A DNA stretch of 64,000 bases. Origin: Microgenomates group bacterium. Lineage in GTDB: Bacteria; Patescibacteriota; Microgenomatia; Daviesbacterales; UBA10151. Location: assembly GCA_041659805.1 (NCBI GenBank), contig JBAZXP010000001.1, positions 448,589 through 512,588 of the forward strand, given 5' to 3'. The notes below the pieces were generated by a model. That model ran no database searches. It saw only the letters and a program-made list of their open reading frames with translations, and was not told the origin of the DNA. Both the position numbers and the translations under genes were made by a program. This document shows, piece after piece, positions 56,943 to 64,000 of the stretch (position 1 is the stretch's first letter; each line of letters begins with the position of its first letter).

Positions 56943-58595
56943 ATGTTTAGTTTACTTAAGAAAATATTATCAAACTATTTATTTTGGCTGACAGTTATTA
57001 TTGTTTTCGCATTTTTTATCAGGACTTTTGATTTAGCGAATAATCCCCCCGCAATGTATGGGGATGAGCTGACAATCGTTTATGATGCTTATTCAATTCT
57101 TAAAACCGGTCATGATCAGACAGGCCAATTTCTTCCTCTGACATTCAAGATGGGGGACGGAAGACCCCCCTTCTATGTATATGCAACTATCCCGTTTGTT
57201 GCTTTATTCGGCCCGACAGCTGTGGGTGTTAGGGCTTTGTCAATACTCTCAGGTTTAGGGATAATTTTAATTACCTTTTTCCTAACAGAAATTTTAATAA
57301 GTAAGCGGGCAGCCTTGTTTGCGTCTTTTTTGCTTGCAATTTCTCCCTGGGATATTGCGCTTAGCAGGGGAGGTTTTGAAACTCATCTTGCTTTATTTCT
57401 GATTCTCCTTGGGATATTTTCTTTTATTAAAGCAAGGGAAAAACCGTTTTGGTTGATTTTTTCAGCATTATCCTTAGGTCTTGCAATACATACTTATCAT
57501 TCATATAAAGTTCTGGTTCCGCTCGTAATAATATTGCTTCTATTCCTAATAGACATAAAAAGTTTTTTTGTAAAAAAATCCATTAAATTTTTAATTTCTT
57601 CAGTATTAATTTTCTTTATACTTTTTTCAGTATGGGTATTTTTAATTTTTAATGGATCTGAAGGAAGATTCAATAATACCAATGTTTTTTCTAATCCTGA
57701 TATTGCCCGCAGCGAAATCGATTCTACTGTTACTCAAAGAAATCAAAATAATCTTCCGTTTGGTTTAAATAATCTTTTTTATAATAAATATGTTTTTTAC
57801 GCAGGAGTTTTAGAACAAAATTATATTGATAATATTTCCCTAAGCTTTTTATTTAGCAGTGGCGATCGTAACCCACGTCATAACCCTTTCGCTATGGGTG
57901 AATTATATCTGGCCCAATTTTTTCTAATTCTTATTGCGTTGCTGACTAAGCTTAACCAGCATAAGAAACTAATGATTTTTCTGATCGGTTGTATTCTTAT
58001 TAGCCCTATTCCCACATCAGTGGTATCGAACGGGCATGCTTTGCGAAGCAGTTTTCTTTTGTTTCCGCTTACCATATTATCCACAATGGGCATGGAGACT
58101 GTAATTCAAAATTACCGGAGATTTTTAAAGATTAGAATATTTTTGGCATTTATAATTGCAATCTTTTTATTACAGTTTATATGGTTGATAGGAAATTTAT
58201 TTTATGTGTCAGGAGATAAGTATGCCAATTTTTGGTCTTTTTCTGCTAAAAAAGCGAGTACAGAGGCCTTAGAAAACAGGCAGAAATTTAATTACATTTT
58301 TCTGTCTACTCATATAGACAATATGGAGTTTGCATATCCAACATATGCAGCGATTGATCCGGAATTAGTAATTGCTGAAAACCGACAGCCAAAAATCATT
58401 GGAAAATATAGCTTCAAACAGTTTGAAAATATTTATCTAGGAGCTGTTCCTAATTCTGAAGTTAATGATTTTATTGCGGGTCTTTCCGGAAACGTACTCT
58501 ATATCGGTGAAGCAGACGCCTTAAAGGAAGTAAAAAATTATGATACGATTAATGGGTTAAATAATCAGCCGGCACTAATTAAGGTAGAAAAATAA
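56943..58595 (+). CDS. GT-C (ArnT/PMT-like) glycosyltransferase
   Basis: GDE..IVYDAYSILKTG.D..G, PP.Y.Y, AISPW...SR..FE, GD.NPRH. Confidence 0.82.
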   Translation: MFSLLKKILSNYLFWLTVIIVFAFFIRTFDLANNPPAMYGDELTIVYDAYSILKTGHDQTGQFLPLTFKMGDGRPPFYVYATIPFVALFGPTAVGVRALSILSGLGIILITFFLTEILISKRAALFASFLLAISPWDIALSRGGFETHLALFLILLGIFSFIKAREKPFWLIFSALSLGLAIHTYHSYKVLVPLVIILLLFLIDIKSFFVKKSIKFLISSVLIFFILFSVWVFLIFNGSEGRFNNTNVFSNPDIARSEIDSTVTQRNQNNLPFGLNNLFYNKYVFYAGVLEQNYIDNISLSFLFSSGDRNPRHNPFAMGELYLAQFFLILIALLTKLNQHKKLMIFLIGCILISPIPTSVVSNGHALRSSFLLFPLTILSTMGMETVIQNYRRFLKIRIFLAFIIAIFLLQFIWLIGNLFYVSGDKYANFWSFSAKKASTEALENRQKFNYIFLSTHIDNMEFAYPTYAAIDPELVIAENRQPKIIGKYSFKQFENIYLGAVPNSEVNDFIAGLSGNVLYIGEADALKEVKNYDTINGLNNQPALIKVEK

Positions 58596-58603
58596 AAGAT
58601 TAT

Positions 58604-59848
58604 ATGAATTTTTTGAAAGATAAATACATTGTTAAAATATTTGTATTAGCACTTTTAATTAGGTTGATCATAATGCCTTTTTATTTTCATCCTGATATCA
58701 AAACTTACAATTTTCAGTCATCTTTTCTAAAACAAGGTGTTGTTGATATTTACTCATACCTTATTACAAATAAAGAAAAGCTGCCTTTGAAAGATGAGTT
58801 TGTATATTTTCCGCTAACGTATTTTTCTTTGGGTGGATATCAGATAATAATGCAGCCATTTTTGGGTAATAATTTTCAGTTATGGTTAGGGGATGCTTCC
58901 CAGAATGCAATTGATCAGACAGGCGTTTTCCGATACTTATTTATTTTAAAACTGCCTTATCTGATTTTGGATTTTGCCACTGCAATTATTTTAATGAAAT
59001 TATTTGATGATAATAAAAAAAAGAGAGCTGTATTAACTTTATGGTTACTGAATCCTTTTTCATTGGCATTAATCTATATCTTTAGTAATATAGATATTTT
59101 TCCTGTTTTTTTAACTGTACTGAGCTTATATTTTTCCAAAATAAATAAAATAATGATTGCATCGCTTTTGATAGGTTTGGCAGCAGGATTTAAGGCATAC
59201 CCTATACTTTTTATTCCATTTTTATTCTTTTATGCTCAGGGCTTAAAGCAAAAAACATTAGTGGTTGTTCCGGGATTAATTGCATTTTTTGCAGTGATTG
59301 CTCCATTTTTAAAGTCCTCCGGCTTCCAACAGGCAACAATTGCTTCTGGGCTAACAACCAGAATTATCTCGCCCACTTTTGCCATTGGTTTTAGCGAAAG
59401 CCTAATCATTGCTATGATTTCTTTAGGAGCTCTTTTTTTCTATGCATTTAATCTTGAAAATTTTAAGTTTGAGCGGCTACCACAATTTTATTTAGCAGCC
59501 TTATTATTAATTTTTTCTTCAATTCATTTTCATATTCAATGGTTGTTGTGGATGATTCCGTTTATAATTATTATTGGAGCTATACATAAACGATTTCTCG
59601 CCTCGCTGTTTGTTCTTTTGACTACTGCAATATTTATCCCCTTATTATATCCGGACCATTTTATGGGTTTTTCCCTGATGGAGCCGATCAGCTCTTATTT
59701 CATTCCATTGCCCACATTATTTCAGATAACTCAGAGATTTTATGACCCTTACGCCATTCAAAGCATTTTACACAGTGTATTTTTGGGAGGATCGATTATA
59801 TTAATAGTTCAAATGTTTGGAGGAGAAAAAAATGAAACAATTGAATAA
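58604..59848 (+). CDS. GT-C membrane glycosyltransferase (PIG-M/GT87-like pattern)
   Basis: HPD, Y.PL.Y, KLPY..D, W.LNP, K.YP, QW..W. Confidence 0.65.
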   Translation: MNFLKDKYIVKIFVLALLIRLIIMPFYFHPDIKTYNFQSSFLKQGVVDIYSYLITNKEKLPLKDEFVYFPLTYFSLGGYQIIMQPFLGNNFQLWLGDASQNAIDQTGVFRYLFILKLPYLILDFATAIILMKLFDDNKKKRAVLTLWLLNPFSLALIYIFSNIDIFPVFLTVLSLYFSKINKIMIASLLIGLAAGFKAYPILFIPFLFFYAQGLKQKTLVVVPGLIAFFAVIAPFLKSSGFQQATIASGLTTRIISPTFAIGFSESLIIAMISLGALFFYAFNLENFKFERLPQFYLAALLLIFSSIHFHIQWLLWMIPFIIIIGAIHKRFLASLFVLLTTAIFIPLLYPDHFMGFSLMEPISSYFIPLPTLFQITQRFYDPYAIQSILHSVFLGGSIILIVQMFGGEKNETIE

Positions 59849-60491
59849 TATTTTTTTAGTAGTTATTTCATTCATTATTCTAATGCCTGTGATTATTGGT
59901 TTGAATATCCGTTCGACTCAGGATCCTATACAGCCTTCATTCGCAGGAACCGAAAAAATTTTTCAATCCGTTTTAGTTTCACAAAAATTTCTTTCTAAAG
60001 AGAATGGCTTGTCTGGTATTGGTATCAGTATAAAAAACCCAAACTTAGCAAATAAAAATGAATTAACCCTTTCTCTTTATGAAGGAGAAAGGGCAATCCG
60101 GAGTTTATCAATTAATGGGGGAGCGATTGAGGACGGGAGCCTGTTAAGGTTTTTATTTCCTAAAATCCCGGATTCAAAAGGAAAAGTATATACTTTTGTT
60201 TTAAATTCTCCTGCGTCTGTAGAACCTGAGGCATTTGAGGCGTATCTTACTAACGAAAAATTTTCAGATGAAAGTTTGATAGTAAACAATAATGAAAGAC
60301 AAGATAATGTGTCTTTCATTAGAATATATAAATCCGGTAATCCAATTGCGGTTTTGGGAGAAATTTTTTCCGGTGTATTTGTTAAATTATTTAATGATTT
60401 AATTTTTTCTGTATTCTATATAACTTTAGTTCTCAGTTGTGTTGTTTATTTGATCTTGGATATATTTAAAAGTGACCGTAAGTCTTATTAA
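59832..60491 (+). CDS. Hypothetical protein with two TMs flanking an extracytoplasmic beta-domain
   Basis: GGAGGAG upstream of ATG 59832; overlaps the previous gene. Confidence 0.7.
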   Translation: MKQLNNIFLVVISFIILMPVIIGLNIRSTQDPIQPSFAGTEKIFQSVLVSQKFLSKENGLSGIGISIKNPNLANKNELTLSLYEGERAIRSLSINGGAIEDGSLLRFLFPKIPDSKGKVYTFVLNSPASVEPEAFEAYLTNEKFSDESLIVNNNERQDNVSFIRIYKSGNPIAVLGEIFSGVFVKLFNDLIFSVFYITLVLSCVVYLILDIFKSDRKSY

Positions 60492-62443
60492 TTAACTTTC
60501 CATATTTGAATTTCGTCATTCTCAAATTCTTTTGTTAATTTAGTTTTTTGTAAGTCCGCAGCAGGAGGATTTAGTTTAGGAAAGTAGAGATAATTTATTT
60601 TGTTTTCAGCCAGTATTTTGCTGAATTCTAGGGGATCAGAAATTTTAAAAACTTCTTCCTGGACAACTTGTCTTTGCTTAAAATTATATCCCATGATGTC
60701 TATCTGCTCGTTATCGGAAAGAAAAGTATTTCTGTCTGACATTGCACTTATATAACTTGTATCTGACCAAACCCAAATAGGAGGTATGGAGAATTTTGAG
60801 ATAAAATATCTGTTATAAGGAGGTGCGATTATCGTGCTGTTTTTCTCAGAGTTTAATTTTAAATAATTTAAAGCTTGAATTTCGTTCGAGCTTATTTTAG
60901 CAAGTGGTGGCTTTGAATAAAAATCATATAATAAAGCAACTTGAGTCGGCACAGAAATAAATATTATGAAAAATGAAACTAAAAGGTACATAACTTTTGA
61001 GGAAAGCTTTTGCATTAAGGTTGAAACAGCAATTCCGGAAAGAATGGCAAATATCAATATTAAATATTGGAGAAATTGAGCAATGTTTCCGGCTACCCCT
61101 TTTTGTAAAAATATAAGTGGCAATATTAAGGATGAAAAAGAGATAAGTAATAATAATTGGCTGAAATAATTGAATTTAAGTTTATCAAAGAATGCAACGA
61201 TGCCGATAAATTTAGCACCAAGGTTTCCGAATATAAAAATTAGGAATGATGTTATCTCAATTTGGAATACCCGTTTCCAGTTATTCTCCGAAAAGTAAGT
61301 TTGCCTTTTAAGTTCAAGATCAAGCCAGTCTAAACGGCTGTTGGAAACAACCATTGTTCTGATAAGCCACCATGGTTCGTATATTAAGAAGGAGGCGGAT
61401 TGCGAGGTATTCGGAAAATATAAAACAGCGGAGAGTAAACTACTTAAAGATGCGACAGCTAAAATTGAAAATTGCTTTTCTCTTAATAGTTGCCAGAAAC
61501 CTATTATGACTAAACTTCCCAAAACAACCACACCTGCGTAAACTTTAAAGACAATAAGCGTGCCTGCAAGCATGCAACAAAGTAAATATAGAGACAAATT
61601 CTTTTTTGCCAAAAATTGGTAGAATAAATAGAGAAAAGTAATAAGGATAATGAAAGATGCGATTTGGGGAGGGTTGCCGGATGAGCTTTGAATTTGTGAG
61701 GCCCAAAAAATTGATTCTCCATCAATAGTCTTGTTTTTTATCCATGTGGCAATGTACCCAAAACTACCTGAAAAGTAGACAAAGAAAACAGACCATATTC
61801 CTGCGCTAAAATTGTCGCCAATTTTTTTTCCGATAAAAAAGGTCAATGCTCCTAAAAGAATAGAATAAAAAAGAGGGAAAAATTTGAAATAAAGATCGAA
61901 ACCGGAAATTCCTAAATATTTATAAAATACAGCAGGAGCTATATCAGAAAAGAAATGATAATTAATTAATCTTTCGCCGGCTAAAGATGGATTCATAAAA
62001 GGAGGACCTTTGGAAATTGATTCCATTAAGGCGATGTGCCAAGCACCATCGTGTCCGTTTGAGCTCCAAAAAACGATATCGCCGTTTATTGTAGTTCCGC
62101 TCGGGGCAATAACCGCCAATTGTCCGGCAATACCAAGAATAAAAATTAACAAAAGAGTTATTAAATGTTTTTTGTCCGGAATTTTATATTGCTTAAATGA
62201 TAAGTTGGTATTCTTTAAACAAAAAATATCAATAAATATAACAATTAATAAAATTAATAGTTCCAGTTTAACAAGTATTAATATATATGAAAGTAAAGTG
62301 AATGCGACAAATCCCAGTGAGGTTCCCAAAATCAATCTTTCCCAACTGGTAATGGTTATTGATGACTTTTTTAATAAAAAGAGCCCAGGAAGACAAAAAC
62401 AGAAAATTACTGCCAGTATGAAAATAATAAAGCCTAATATCAT
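60488..62443 (-). CDS. GT-C-like membrane protein, stand-alone paralog of the C-terminal half of 53491-56928
   Basis: FW...GHDG.WH.AL, YHFFSD, FKVYAG, QF..Y, AL.YL. Confidence 0.7.
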   Translation of the reverse strand: MILGFIIFILAVIFCFCLPGLFLLKKSSITITSWERLILGTSLGFVAFTLLSYILILVKLELLILLIVIFIDIFCLKNTNLSFKQYKIPDKKHLITLLLIFILGIAGQLAVIAPSGTTINGDIVFWSSNGHDGAWHIALMESISKGPPFMNPSLAGERLINYHFFSDIAPAVFYKYLGISGFDLYFKFFPLFYSILLGALTFFIGKKIGDNFSAGIWSVFFVYFSGSFGYIATWIKNKTIDGESIFWASQIQSSSGNPPQIASFIILITFLYLFYQFLAKKNLSLYLLCCMLAGTLIVFKVYAGVVVLGSLVIIGFWQLLREKQFSILAVASLSSLLSAVLYFPNTSQSASFLIYEPWWLIRTMVVSNSRLDWLDLELKRQTYFSENNWKRVFQIEITSFLIFIFGNLGAKFIGIVAFFDKLKFNYFSQLLLLISFSSLILPLIFLQKGVAGNIAQFLQYLILIFAILSGIAVSTLMQKLSSKVMYLLVSFFIIFISVPTQVALLYDFYSKPPLAKISSNEIQALNYLKLNSEKNSTIIAPPYNRYFISKFSIPPIWVWSDTSYISAMSDRNTFLSDNEQIDIMGYNFKQRQVVQEEVFKISDPLEFSKILAENKINYLYFPKLNPPAADLQKTKLTKEFENDEIQIWKVN

Positions 62444-62505
62444 GTTAAGTAAAATATAATTATCTTTTTCATTATGCTAATTTAGCTATGTGGTATATTG
62501 ATAAT

Positions 62506-63672
62506 ATGAATTTGAAAATAAGCCCCCCTTTTTTTAAAAAAGTATTGATTCTTTTCGCAATTTTAAGTTTATTTGTTATATTGCGCGGGCACATTATTTA
62601 TTATCTATACTATTTTAACTTTAATCAAGAACCCCTTTTTTTCTCAGAATATTTTCCAAGACATGTTTTTTTGAGTTGGTTAGCTTTTGGATTAGGTTTT
62701 GTTAATATTTTTTTCCTATATAATATTGGTTTAAGAATATATAATTTTAAATTTGCAGTCTTTCTGGCTTTATTGTATGCAATTTCTCCCTGGTCAGCAT
62801 ATGTAGATATTTTAGGGAGTAGCAATGCTTATTTTTTAAGTTGGTCATTGGCTTTCATTTTATCGGTTATTTTATTTATACATAACCATAAAAATAGTAG
62901 TGTTTATCTGTTTTTTAGTGCAATCGGTTTACTGACTTCCTCTATTTTCGGTTTATTTGTATTTATTAGCCTTTTGATAAGTGTATACATTATTAAATAT
63001 GTGAATTATTCACAATTGATAACCGTTTGCAAAATAACATTATTCCCGGTTCTTGTAGTTTTGTATATGTTATTTTCAAATATAAATGTAACAAAAAATT
63101 TAATCATAGATAATACTATTTTTTTTCAGGATCCGGGAATATTAAATATTGTAAATCAACTTAGAGGAGAAACAGATTCTGCTAATTTTAGTAAATTAGG
63201 AAAAATTATTGAAAATAAATATCTCTATACTGGTGAAAAAATATTGTTAAATTTTTCTATGGATTTTTCCCCTTCTTTATTCTTTAGTTCTCAGTTTAAG
63301 CTATTTAATTTCTCTTTTAGCCCGCCCATTCTTTTGGGATTTATACTTCCCTTTGTTATTGGGATTTTTATGTTAAAGCGGCATATGAAATATTTAGTTG
63401 TATCTATTGGGTTGATCTTGGCATTATCACTGCCTTCTGTTTTGGACAGCAGATCACCGAATTTAGAAAAGTTAATTCTTGTTTCCCCTATCATTTATAT
63501 GTATATAGCACTAGGTTTAATAACGATCACAAAAAATATTAAGATTTTCAGACCTACTAGATTATTATTGATTGTTATCATTATGGTGAGTATCCAGGCT
63601 TTGTTTGTAATAGCAGACATTGATTTACGGGAAAAAGCACGGTTTGACACGATTTATGGTAAGTATCTTTAA
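62506..63672 (+). CDS. Shortened GT-C-like membrane protein
   Basis: AISPW and NKY..N..FSP..F shared with 56943-58595, but no DE catalytic loop. Start at ATG 62506 (TGgTATATT-N6-ATG). Confidence 0.6.
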   Translation: MNLKISPPFFKKVLILFAILSLFVILRGHIIYYLYYFNFNQEPLFFSEYFPRHVFLSWLAFGLGFVNIFFLYNIGLRIYNFKFAVFLALLYAISPWSAYVDILGSSNAYFLSWSLAFILSVILFIHNHKNSSVYLFFSAIGLLTSSIFGLFVFISLLISVYIIKYVNYSQLITVCKITLFPVLVVLYMLFSNINVTKNLIIDNTIFFQDPGILNIVNQLRGETDSANFSKLGKIIENKYLYTGEKILLNFSMDFSPSLFFSSQFKLFNFSFSPPILLGFILPFVIGIFMLKRHMKYLVVSIGLILALSLPSVLDSRSPNLEKLILVSPIIYMYIALGLITITKNIKIFRPTRLLLIVIIMVSIQALFVIADIDLREKARFDTIYGKYL

Positions 63673-63676
63673 AATT

Positions 63677-64000
63677 ATGAGAAAAAGTTTCATCATTTTA
63701 ATAATTATCACTTTACTTGGGGGTTATCTCCGTATTATTGATATAGGGAATATCCCTGCAGGCTTAAATGTTGATGAGGTAGCAATCGGTTATGATGCTT
63801 ATTCCATATTAAAAACAGGTAAAGATATGAGCGGATCATTTATGCCCATATCTTTTCAATCACTGGGGGATTATAAGGCTCCTTTATATACTTATTTAAC
63901 ATCAATTGTCGTTGCTGTATTTGGACTTAATGAGTTTAGCGTAAGGTTTATATCTGCATTTTTTGGGACATTGGCAATTCCGCTTATCTTTTTTTTGACA
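63677..64000 (+). CDS. GT-C (ArnT/PMT-like) glycosyltransferase, partial (runs off the window)
   Basis: Manual translation MRKSFIILIIITLLGGYLRIIDIGNIPAGLNVDEVAIGYDAYSILKTGKDMSG...GDYKAPLYTYL...FGLNEFSVR; paralog of 56943. Confidence 0.85.
   Translation, partial: MRKSFIILIIITLLGGYLRIIDIGNIPAGLNVDEVAIGYDAYSILKTGKDMSGSFMPISFQSLGDYKAPLYTYLTSIVVAVFGLNEFSVRFISAFFGTLAIPLIFFLT

Noticed and set aside
40316-60491. T7-T8 homopolymers in GT-C genes as phase-variation tracts
   Set aside because: Expected from Phe/Leu-rich TM coding in AT-rich DNA; all frames are intact and no long G/C tracts occur.
280-63494. Many 60-130 aa ORFs nested in or antisense to long genes
   Set aside because: Fully overlapped by well-supported genes and carry no motifs.
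1-64000. CRISPR array, IS element, rRNA or recognisable defence system
   Set aside because: No spaced repeats, transposase or integrase motifs, or rRNA-like sequence seen by eye.
1-64000. Alternative genetic code (TGA read as Gly or Trp)
   Set aside because: Conserved genes are full length under code 11, and TGA terminates lysS, rmlC, rmlD and gmd at the expected positions.

Overview
AT-rich bacterial chromosome segment, genetic code 11, very compact. Gene style and content suggest a Patescibacteria/CPR (Microgenomates-like) genome; this is inference. Housekeeping genes include tRNA-Glu(CTC), greA, lysS, serS, secA, tsaE, a half-length tsaB, prfB and ftsEX. They are interleaved with two surface-glycosylation regions (about 7.1-18.1 kb and 30.8-64 kb). 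Together these encode about 19 GT-C-type multipass membrane glycosyltransferases, three GT2 polyprenol-phosphate glycosyltransferases (one fused to GtrA), a Wzx flippase, and ugd, galE, rmlC, rmlD and gmd. Main observations: (1) ftsEX is followed by two paralogous coiled-coil effectors, one with a C39-like peptidase and one with a circularly permuted M23 peptidase; (2) the large GT-C array, with Pro/Thr-rich candidate acceptor proteins nearby; (3) a recurring (TGn)TAnnnT-N6-start architecture implying widespread leaderless mRNAs; (4) a secreted lipase beside two GFPF-motif membrane proteins; (5) a structured duplication of the tRNA 5' end; (6) a receiver domain with Asn at the phosphoacceptor site. 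No CRISPR array, rRNA, integrase or transposase was seen. All product calls come from motif recognition by eye, with no database searches.
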